DNA of 64,000 nucleotides, taken from NCBI GenBank assembly GCA_018693855.1, contig JABHMO010000043.1, forward strand, positions 4,450 through 68,449. The letters run 5' to 3'. Of this stretch, positions 28,751-40,100 are shown one piece after another; positions within the stretch are counted from its first letter, which is position 1, and each line of letters begins with the position of its first letter. The stretch comes from Candidatus Falkowbacteria bacterium (lineage in GTDB: Bacteria; Patescibacteriota; Patescibacteriia; UBA11705; JABHMO01). The notes under the pieces were generated by a model, which had not been told where the DNA came from, did no database searches, and was given only the letters and a program-made list of their open reading frames with translations. The translations under genes and the position numbers were made by a program.

Positions 28751-30636
28751 TATTTCAACTTCTTCATATAAGTAACGATCTCTTGTCCTTCTTCTAGACC
28801 GGAAATAATCTCGATTAAACCATTGTCTGCTCGAAGTCCAGTTTCAACTGAGATTTCTTTGTGAGTATTTCCATCCAAAATTCGGACAACTTTACCTGAA
28901 CCATTATTTTCAATAACAGCTCGTCTTGGTACAAAGAGAGTTCCGGTTCTTGATTCAGTGAAAATAAGAGTATTTGCTGTCATACCCGGTTTAACTTGCT
29001 TTTCTGTACTTGGATCAAAAACTATTTTAACACTGTAATAAATAACGTCTTGAATAACTGTTTCACCTGGATCAATAGAACTAACCGTTCCCATGAATAG
29101 TTCGTCGTCACCAAAAGCATCCAAAGTTATTTCAACTTCGTCATCTTGCTCAATTTTCGCAATATCAGATTCTGAGATATCAACTTCTATTTCAAATCCG
29201 TTTAGATTTTCCATTTTCACAACGTGAGGTTTCGCTGATGAAGCAGTGACTTGTTCACCAATTTCATATTCAATAGAAGTAACCGTACCATCAATTGGTG
29301 CTTTTATAACTGCGTCCTCAAACTTCTTTTGAGCCAACTCGTAAGCAGCTTGCATCTGGGCTACCCTTGCTTGATTTGGAGCAATATCAACATATCTAGG
29401 ATCAGCTGCCTTTAGGTCTAACTGAGACACAGCTAACTCCCAAGCAGATTTCGCAATCTCTATTTTATTTTCTTGACTTGTTAATTGAGAATCTTTTGTA
29501 GCAACAGCTAAATCATAGTTCGCCTTGCTGACATTGTAAGAATTTTCAGCAGAATTCAGAGCTGATTGATATGTATCTTGTTGTGTTTGTTTTGAAATCC
29601 GAGCACTTACTAAATTCTGATAAGCTGAACGCAAACTTGATAAGTCTGATGAGATAGTAACTTGTTCTGCTGAAATACTCGTTTTATAGCTATTAAGATC
29701 TGTACTGGTAAAATCAACCGAAGTAAGAGAGTATCGAAGCATTTCATAAACTGTTCTAAGTTCTGCAAACATGTTTTCCAATGTAACAGTTGCCACATTA
29801 ACAACAGAATCAAGTTCATCATCAGTACTAGAAATACTAATATTTTCAAATTCACTTTCCAACAGCTCTATGCTTCGTTCTGCAGCGCCTCTTAAAAGAA
29901 CTTCTTCATATACTGTAGTCATTTTTCGTTGACCAATGTACTTATCAAAATAAGTTTCTTCAATTACTTTATAAATTTCGTCTAATGAAACATGCATATC
30001 AGCAACAGAATCTTCAATAAGTATCAACAAGGTATCTTTGTAATTTTCAACTGTTTGATCCTGAGTATTACCTATATTACCTAAATCAACTTGTGAATCC
30101 TCGTAAGCTTTTTTCGATTTTGCTAGATTTTCTTCGTAAGTTACGATATCTTTTTCTAACTTAGTTTGCAGAGTTGTAAGTTCTTCAATTGCATTCTGAT
30201 AATCGATATATGCTTTATTCGCAGTAATTTGAGACACATTAATATCTTGACTGCTCGCTCCTGCCAACTGTCTATTCAAATCAGCTTGAGCTTGTCTTAA
30301 ATTAGCATCTGCCTGAGCTAATTGGAACTTCAACTCTCTATCATCAAGTCCTATAATCGGATCATCTTTAAGAACCTCCTGTCCAACAGCTGCGAAAAGA
30401 TCTTTTACAACACCTGTTGTCTGAAAAGACAATGAAACTTCTTCAGCTGATTGCACCTTCCCTGTCGCGTCAACTGTCTGTACTAAATCCCCTCTCGCAA
30501 CAGTTTCTGTTGTATATTCATACTCAGAGTCCGAACCTTTTACCAATACAAAAACTATAATAATAGCTATTACTATTAAAATAATTAACCACCAAAACTT
30601 TTTGAGGATTCTTCTCATAGCTTTTTTATGCGTCAT
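28750..30636 (-). CDS. efflux periplasmic adaptor subunit (MacA/HlyD family) with long coiled coil
   Basis: N-terminal TM, IKAPIDGTV, ISESDIAKI, KPGMTA, GLEEGQEIV. Confidence 0.92.
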   Translation of the reverse strand: MTHKKAMRRILKKFWWLIILIVIAIIIVFVLVKGSDSEYEYTTETVARGDLVQTVDATGKVQSAEEVSLSFQTTGVVKDLFAAVGQEVLKDDPIIGLDDRELKFQLAQADANLRQAQADLNRQLAGASSQDINVSQITANKAYIDYQNAIEELTTLQTKLEKDIVTYEENLAKSKKAYEDSQVDLGNIGNTQDQTVENYKDTLLILIEDSVADMHVSLDEIYKVIEETYFDKYIGQRKMTTVYEEVLLRGAAERSIELLESEFENISISSTDDELDSVVNVATVTLENMFAELRTVYEMLRYSLTSVDFTSTDLNSYKTSISAEQVTISSDLSSLRSAYQNLVSARISKQTQQDTYQSALNSAENSYNVSKANYDLAVATKDSQLTSQENKIEIAKSAWELAVSQLDLKAADPRYVDIAPNQARVAQMQAAYELAQKKFEDAVIKAPIDGTVTSIEYEIGEQVTASSAKPHVVKMENLNGFEIEVDISESDIAKIEQDDEVEITLDAFGDDELFMGTVSSIDPGETVIQDVIYYSVKIVFDPSTEKQVKPGMTANTLIFTESRTGTLFVPRRAVIENNGSGKVVRILDGNTHKEISVETGLRADNGLIEIISGLEEGQEIVTYMKKLK

Positions 30637-30828
30637 TTAATCACAAATTTGATTTATGTTACGTGCTATGCGATACGTGTTACGTGAATATTATACCATT
30701 TTTTTAACCTTTATTAAACTTTTTATACACAAAAAGCCTCTAAGCTTTACAATCCTTTCAAATAGTGATACTATCCCCCTGATGACAAAAAACGTTCTAT
30801 TCATAAATTAAACTTTAACCTAAACAAT

Positions 30829-30912
30829 ATGGCAAGACAAAACAAGAAAAAAGGCGTTGGGACAAAGGTTCCAAAGATAAAAAGACTTAGAAAACAAGGC
30901 CGAACTAAGTAA
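30829..30912 (+). CDS. 27-aa highly basic peptide MARQNKKKGVGTKVPKIKRLRKQGRTK
   Basis: Hand-found ORF with TTTACA-17-TACTAT promoter upstream and a terminator at 30929-30960. Confidence 0.6.
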   Translation: MARQNKKKGVGTKVPKIKRLRKQGRTK

Positions 30913-30928
30913 TTAGAGATCTTCAATA

Positions 30929-30960
30929 AAAAATATCCGAGAATTACCTCGGATATTTTT
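30929..30960. terminator. bidirectional intrinsic terminator
   Basis: aaaaatatccgag-aattac-ctcggatattttt between convergent ORFs. Confidence 0.75.
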
Positions 30961-30973
30961 ATATACAAGTTTT

Positions 30974-31174
30974 CTAAGATTCAAAGTAGTACAAATAGAT
31001 AACACCTAAGACAATAACAATCAACCAAAACAACATTATCTTCCATTTTGATCTAATGTGATCAAATTTTTTAACAACTGACTCCCGACCAACATTATAA
31101 AAAACCCAAACTATCCAGACCACAACAGCGATCACGACAAGAGCTAAAATTTTTCTATAATCAAAATAGTCCAT
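30974..31174 (-). CDS. small 2-TM membrane protein
   Basis: 66 aa, two hydrophobic helices, directly downstream of the giant protein. Confidence 0.7.
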   Translation of the reverse strand: MDYFDYRKILALVVIAVVVWIVWVFYNVGRESVVKKFDHIRSKWKIMLFWLIVIVLGVIYLYYFES

Positions 31175-31188
31175 AAATAGTTTATAAA

Positions 31189-34100
31189 TTAATTATTTTG
31201 ATCAGTCTCTAAATTAGTATTATCCGAATCGTCAGTTGTCTCAATTTCACCTTCATCAATATCATTCTTTTTTTTCAACTTAACAGACTCGATATTATAG
31301 AAATCTTCATGAAGCTCGTCTAGATCAACGCCCTTAATATCTTCCTCATGTTTCTCAGCATGACGTCTTGTTTGTTTTTGTTTACCATCAACAAGTTTTT
31401 CTTCCTCACGACCTAGAGTTGATCTCATTGTGACTGGCGCCCCAATTTTCTGAGCCTGCTCAACATCTTCTCCTAATCCATGAGGATGCAAGAATAAGTC
31501 TTCAGCTAAATATCCTGACAGTTCATGTTCAAGGTTGATAACCGGCGTTCTCTTTGGATAGTAACCAACCTTCTCAGCAGTTACATAATACTCACTGTTA
31601 CCAACTAGGAAAGCATACCGACCATAACTGTCTGTAACTTGAGAATCTAGCAACTTATTATACTTTGTATCAAACACTCTTAACACAACAGTTCCAAGTC
31701 GATCCCTAGTCTTTGAATCACGAATTACACCGAAACTCTTTGGTTTAGAAGTAAAAGCCAATCGATTGAAGATAATATACATTCCGATATGAGCTAATGC
31801 AGTTCCTCCAACCCAAGCAGCTGGATTAATAACAAATGAAACAACTGCAACTATCGGTCCAGCCATAGTTAAGACTTGCTGTCCTTTTCGAATAAAATAC
31901 AGTTTAACAATCATTGAAGAAGTTTTCTTTTCTTGACTTGGATCAACAGCAATTGGAGAAACAAATGAAGTGTTTTCTTGAGTGATCTCGAAATCATCTC
32001 CGTAATAGACATCATGGAACTTACCGTCAACCTCAGCTTTTCTCAAAATATTACTTGGATACTTAAAGCCTTTCTTATCTACTGTAATGTAATATTTACC
32101 TGGTTTCAAAATAAACTGATAACGTCCCTGAGCGTCTGTTACTTTTGTTCGGACTAATCTATTACTATCTGATCGATAAACACGGACAACAGCTAAATCA
32201 ACTGATCGTTTAGTAACAGAGTTGTAAACAACGCCCCAAGTTTTCTTTCTTCTACGTGAGAATAGAACGATCAAAGGTTGAGTAAAGATAAAGTTTAAGT
32301 AAGAAAGCACAGTTGCACCAGATGCACTTGTAACACCTATTGTCGCTAATGAAGCAACTGATGTTGCAGTTACAACGGCCATTATCTCTTCTTTTACAAC
32401 GTGATTAAGTTTTTCAATCGCTGGATGATCTATTGTGGCTTTCTGCACGTCTTTCACTGTCTTAGAAACTCTTCTAACCACTTTCTTTACTTCTTTATTA
32501 TCAATACCTAGAACAGTAGTAACACCTGATGTTAATTCTTCAACTCCACATAATTTCTCATACGTTCGTTCATCATCAGTTCGTTCCCATTCTTCTTTTT
32601 CTCTTATTGATTGAATTAAGGCATTATTTGAACAAGAAGTTTCTGAATTATCAGCAATACTTTCACAATCGATATCATCTAAATCAGTTGTACCATCATT
32701 ATCATTATCAATATAGTCATTACACTGTGTTCGTTTATTGCCAATAACGACGTCCGCACTCTCAGTTTCATCAACATAATCATCACAATCAAGATCAGCT
32801 GGGTAGTCAACTAAGCCGTCACCGTCATTATCAATTCCATCACTACATTGAGGTAAGATTGATCCACCTTGAGTACTTTCGTTATCATCATCTAAACTGT
32901 CACAGTCAGGATCAGTTGGATAATCAACAAACCCATCACTATCATTATCAATACCATCATTACATTGGAAATATACAGCTAGAGAATAGTCTTCCTCATC
33001 GTAATCACTAGCACTTAGACAACCTGGATCTTCAGGGAAGTCAATTAAACCATCACCATCATTATCAAATAAATCACTACAAGCTAAGCCTGTCTCAAAT
33101 CCAGTAAACTCATCGTTATCTGAAGCACTAACACAACCAGGATCAAGTGGGTAATCAATGAGCCCATTTTCATCATTATCAATACCGTCATTACATTGAT
33201 AAATATATTCAGAGTCTACCTCACTAGTATCTGCGGCGTTTTGACAACCTGGATCATTTGGATAATCAATTAAACCGTCACCATCATTATCAATAAAATC
33301 ACTACAACTTGTTAAAATTGCGTTAAGTTCATCATTGTCTCCAGCAGCTACGCAACCTGGATCAAATGGATAATCAATATACTGATCACTATCATTATCA
33401 ATCACATCACTACACTGAGTTAATCCATGATCAGTCTCGTCATTATCAGAGCTGCTATCACAACCTGGATCGAAAAGATCTACTTTGCCATCATTATCAT
33501 TATCAACACCATCACTACATTGTGACAAGACAAGATTGTACTCATCATCATCAGCCGCTGAAGTACAACCAGGATCTGACATGTCAATTAGACCGTCAGC
33601 ATCATTGTCAACAGAATCACTACAAGCAGTTAACAACTCATTTTCTTCAGTATCGTCAGCTGCGTCCGAGCAACCTGGATCTGCTAAATCAACTAAGTTA
33701 TCATTATCATTATCAATACCATCACTACAATGTGTTGCTTTTATATTAAGCTCGTCATCATGTTGAGGACTGACACATCCAGGATCGAACGGGTAATCAA
33801 TCAAACCATCTAAATCATTATCGATTCCATCGCTACACTGTGTTACTGTGTCATTTACTTCATCATTGTCAGTTTCATCGCTGCAACCAGGATCTAGCAA
33901 GTCAATGAAACCATCGTTATCATTATCAATACCGTCATTACATTGGTAAATAATATAATCTGTTTCACTTGTATCACTAGAAGAAGAACAACCTGGATCA
34001 GCTGGGTAATCAATCAACCCATCATTATCATTATCAAGTTTATCTGAACAAGCAACTGCGTCAATTGGATCAACCTCACTATTATCTGAAGCATTTATAC

Positions 34101-37100
34101 AACCAGGGTCATTTGGATAATCAATTAAACTATCACTATCATTATCAAGACCATCACTACACTGTGTAATTAGTAAATTAGTCTCATCATTATCAGAACT
34201 ACTTGAACAACCTGGATCAAGTAAATCAATTAAGCCGTCACTGTCATTATCAAGTCCATCACTACACTGCGTTAATGACACATTAATTTCACTACTGTCA
34301 TCTAATCCGTCACAACCAGGATCATCAGGATAGTCGATTAATCCATCAGCATCATTATCAATCTTATCACTACAAGCAGGAACATCCTCACTGCCCATAA
34401 TTGTATTTGAAACAGTGTTTGAATATATTAGCGCCTCTGCTCCGTCATAATTAAGTGAAGCATAATTACTAATCACCTGTTTTGGAACACCTACAACAGT
34501 TGCGCTAAATGAAACCGTACCACTCTCACCTACTTCAACAGTTCCTAGATTAGCTGTGACAACAGAACTTGAGTAAGAACCGTAATCAGAGTCTAAAACG
34601 TCAGTTTGAGAGGCACCGTTAACATAAATACTACCTGAAGAATACTGCGTATACTGTGGAACAGTATCAGAAATTACTACGCCAGCTGCAGCTGCGTCAC
34701 CGTTGTTTGAATAAGAGATTGTATAAGTAATAAGATCACCAGGCTGAGCTTCGCCCGTAGCAGTTACATCATAACCAATGTTCAAATACAACAATCCGAA
34801 GAAAGCAATACCTGCAATCAACTTCAAGGCAACACCTCCCCAGAGACCTGCCATTAAAATTCTAAAAAATCTATAAAATTTCGAATGAGCTTTGAAACGA
34901 CTAGAATCCGTTGGCTCATCAATATTATTTATTAATTTATAAACATCTTCAGTTTTCCTTGATCGGAAATCAGTAAAGATCATCTTAGGAACGCATTTTA
35001 GTCGAATCATCAACTTTTCTGAACCATTGATTATAATGGAAAGTAAGACAACCAATAAAACCAAAGCTAATCCAATCAAGAACTTATCAGTCCAAGCAGA
35101 AGTTGATTTCACTGCGTTCATTAAATGAAAATTATCACCAGCGTGAGCTGTAGTTCCAAAACTTATAAAAGAAGTTTCAAACCCACCTGACGAAACATCA
35201 GCAGATTTCGTTAAGACAAAAGCTGGACTTCCTTCTGGTAGACTTTCCAAAGTAACATTATAAGCCTCTGACAAAAAGGTTGTTTCATCATTTTCATTTA
35301 TTGCTTTTAATTTAAATGTATACAACTGATCTAATACCAAACCGTCCATAACAATTCCACCATCACCCCAATCGCCGTATGATTGATAAACTGGTTCTTC
35401 TCCTAAGAAAGCATCAGCTTGCAACCAACCAACCTCACCTTCAGACAGTGACCAAATTGCGTATTTTGTATAAGCAGGATTTCCATTTGCATCAATTTGC
35501 AATGAGATTGAGTTATCAGACAGTTGTGAATGGCTAACAAATTCTGGAACAGCAGCATGAGTGTAAATAGACAGACCTTCAACTAATGTTGCTGGTGGTT
35601 CAGCTCGGCCAAGATCATTCACCGAATAAACTTCCCTTCTATAACCTGTATTAGGAAACAAATCCACCTCTTCATAAGCTTTGTCAGACAAAGAATCAAC
35701 AATTGGATCTTCAGCGCCCTCATCTTCAGACCAAAATTCAAATGTATCCGGATAATCATCATTATTGCTATAACTCCAAGTCCACAAAATAGAGCTTTCA
35801 CTTTGAGCCGTTCCGTATAAATTAGTTGGCGAATCCGGAGCTAACAAGGGACTTGTCCATCCCGCAGCACTGCTAATATAATTTAACGATAAATCATTCA
35901 AATAAGGACTCTTGTTAACATCCGTAGTACTCATCGTTGCTTTAGCTTTTATAACAGCTGTTCCAGCATTAAAAGTGTACTCGGCTCCAGGAGTAACCTC
36001 TTCCCAAGAAGAACCTCCTGCATTATATGTGAAACTATAAATGATATCATTATCACCAAAGATGTAATCTTCATCATCGTCAATTGCATTAAGATGCGTA
36101 GCTCCAGCTACGCCAGTAGTTCCAACAGTACAAGTAGTACCACTGTCCTCTGTATGAGCGTAAGTTTCATTATCACCAACAGCTAAAAATCTGGTGGTAC
36201 TTTCATTTCTAATCCAATTCAAATTCTCAGAAGTACTACAGCTACTAATTGTTGACCATGTTACACCATCACTTGATTTAATAATGATTCCATTATCCCC
36301 TACAGCGGTGAACCAATTATTACTCATCTCAATATGATTTAGATTCTCAGAAGTATTCGTTGTAATAGTTCCCCAAGTAGCACCAGAATCAGCAGATGCA
36401 ATCATTGTCCCACTGTCACCAACAAAGAAAATAGCACTTGCATCTTCGCTAACCCAAACACCATTAAGATTTTCAGCGGTAGCAGATGCTCCAAAATTAA
36501 CAACCGCACAAGTTGTCAAAGTAATATCACTACCTGCATCAGCTGGTTGTAAATTAATTTTCGCAGCCACTCCACCAGTACCAGATGTATAAATAATATG
36601 TTCATTAGTTGTCTCTATTCCCATTTCACTCAGATCAGTTGCACTTGTCACAACTCCATTACACAAGTCAGTTTTAGTCACTAATGTCTGATCAACTGCT
36701 TTGATATAACCATCACTACCAACACTAATAATGTAAGTTGTTCCACCAACATCTCCTGACCAATAATCCATTAAATTACTGGTTCCCTCATCAACTGCTA
36801 AGTCACCCCAAACGCCTCCCATTTTAATAGCATTATTACCACTGTCACCAAGTACAAAACTAACACCAGCACCAACTTCACCGCTATTCATATCAACACC
36901 TCTCGCAGTTGTATCTTCCTGACCAAATGTATATGAAGCATCAGCTGTATCTTGTACGTAATATGTAATAGTAGTATCTGTTGGAGTATAATCGCTTTTA
37001 TCTAAAGTAATAGTACTTAATTCCTCGGGATCAGTATAAACATCACTAGTAATAACATCATAATCAGTTGCAGCTGTATAAGTATGACGATGTTCAAACC

Positions 37101-40100
37101 TTCGACTCTCAGCAACTGATGGATAATTTGCATAAAAATCAAGATCACCATCACCATCATAGTCTCCCGTGATGATTGATTCTGATTTTGCCGCTACTCC
37201 AATTGTAGTATATGCAAAATTTAATTTCCCATGATTTCTGTACAGAATATCTGCTTCAGTTGATGCGTTTCCATTTGAAAAGAATATATCAAGATCACCA
37301 TCTAGGTCATCATCTGCTAAATGAATATCTCGTGTATCAGTACCATCTGAAAAAGATAAATGTTCGGTAAATGTACCTGTTCCGTTATTTGTGTAAATGT
37401 AATTACCTTTTGCTCCGCTAGCATTATCAGCCAAAACTGCGTCTAAATCACCATCTTGATCTAGATCTCCAAGTCGAATTACAAAAGAAGCAACTGCGAA
37501 AGTATCAACGCCTGTAAATGTACCTGAGCCGTTATTTGTAAAAACAGCGCCCTGAACAGCTCCATCAGTATATGGGAAAACTACATCAACATCACCATCT
37601 CCATCCACATCACCAACATCAAACTTACCAGTATTATACGTACTTGTTCCAAATGGATTAGTAACAGCGCTGAATGTTCCCGAACCATTATTGGTATACA
37701 GTTCATCTTTGTCACCAACATTAGCAACTAAAACATCTAAATCACCATCACCGTCAGTGTCAGCTAACTTCACGTCAATTGAATCATCAGTTCCAGCACC
37801 AAGCGCTTTACCTGTAAAAGTGTTACTTCCACTATTTAAATAAACAGTGTTAGCTGTACCGTATCCGACTTCAGCAACATCAAGAAGTCCATCATTATCA
37901 ACGTCAGCCACTTCCACTGCGTAAGCATTAACTGTACCAAACACAGCTGACTGAGTATATGAAAGTGCTCCATCATTTATCCAAAGTTCATTTTGAGCAC
38001 CATTATTATTAACATAAAGATCCATGTCTCCATCATTATCACTGTCAAAAACAGCGAGAACTGACTCCCCTGCTGTTAAATTTGAAGACGAATAACTGTT
38101 TGCAGTATTTGCATAATAATAGTTCTGTCCATTTGCACCAATAACAGCGTCAGAGTCCCCATCCTTATCAAAATCAGCTGACACAAAATCAGCACCATGA
38201 TACGTACCAAACACAGCTTCTTCTTCGTACTCTACTTGACCACGAACAGCGTACGTAAATGAGTATTTACCTGGATGTCGATAAACGTAATTAGCTGTTC
38301 CATTAGCTGAACCACAAAAAATATCTTCATAACCGTCGCCATCAATATCAGCTACTACCATTGAAGTATCTACACAAACATAGCCAGTATCAAGATCATT
38401 TAATTGAGTAAAAGAACCTGCACCGTTATTCATTAAAGCAGTTAACGAACCATCAGTTTCAGGTTTAAATATCAAATCTTTATCACCATCCAAATCAAAA
38501 TCTGTTACAACTGGGTCATCCATTGCTCCCATCGCTACAGTTGCTGCTGCTGAGAAAACACCAGAGCCATCATTTGTATAAGGTTTCAACGTTCTTGCTC
38601 CACCAGCCACCCAATCAACGTAAACCAAGTCATCATCTCCGTCATTATCAATATCAAACATCTCAAATCTATCATTTGAGTCAATACCTGTACCAAAAGT
38701 TGTTGCAGACAGTGCTAAAGTATTTGTCCCATCATGTATGAACATTTTTTCACCATTTGTAACATCTAGATAGCCATCATTATTAATATCAGCGCCTCTA
38801 ATACCATCCAGTGACGACATTGTTCCTAAACTTGCGCTAGCAGTAAAAGTACCAGTTCCATCATTAGTACATAAATATAGATCATTATAACCAGACGCAT
38901 AATCTAAATCACCATCATTATCAACGTCAAAAATAACTGCGTCATAACTTCCACAAGCAACGGCACTAGCTGAAAAAGTGGCTGAGCCATTATTTGAATG
39001 AAAAACTGCGCCAGTATCAGTCAATTCTAAAATATCAGGAATCTCGTCACCATTAGCATCCATGACGTACAATTTCTGTGTATTACTACTTCCAACAGTA
39101 GCAACTGCTGCTGCGTATGTATTTGTAGCAGGTAATTTAACAACTCTATTGATACCAAAGTTGCCCCCGAAATCACTAGCGTCTAAATCAATGTCTTCCA
39201 TTGATAAAAAATGTGTAATATATTCATAGACAGAGTCTGCTGCCACAGTAAAACTATAAATTCCGCTAACAGCTGACATCAAGCCATTCTCATCATAAGC
39301 TCTAGCGCGCCAGTAATAAATTTTTGATTCATCTAGATCAAATTCACTTGGCAATGTAAATGAACCAGTCGCTGCCGCTGCATAGCTTGAAGCTGACCAG
39401 CCGTAATCATCCTCTCGTTGATCAAAAACGAAAATATTATTTAATAGATCATCTGTCATGCCAATCTCAAGAACATACCAAAGTCGATCACTGTCAGCGT
39501 CAGAAGAACTCATTGTAAATGTTGGATTCACACTAACACCAGTCGCTGCATCAGCAGGCAGACTTAAAGTTGGAGCACCTGGTGCTGAGTTTGTATTATA
39601 AGCAATTGAAACACCAGTTATTGTTGGAGTAGCACTTCCGTCATCGCTTGTAATTGTGGCTCGCCAAAGAAGTTCATCTCCTTTTTCTACAAATGTATAC
39701 AAAGTACCAGATGTTGCAGTATCCCAAGACAAACCTTCATTCGTTGACATTGCATACGTTATCGTTCCACCAGTAGTAACATGAGTTCCTGTTAAAGTCG
39801 CGTTTAAGACAACGTTTCCTCCTGTATTTGCATCTGTTGCTAATGTAACAGTACCAGAAGAAGCATATAATCCAGAGTAATAAGCATAGTAAGGTGTTCC
39901 AGCAGGAAAAGAACCTGTTGTCATCAGGACATGTGGAACTGTTCCGTTTAGTTCTAAATCACCTTCTGTTGCATCGTTATTGGCTGAACCAACAGTTGCA
40001 ATACCTGCAGTACCATCAGCATCTTCCCATCGGCCATCACCACTATCCCATTGAGCATAATAACCGCCTTCAGCTGCTGCTTCTTCATTTGCAAAATAGA

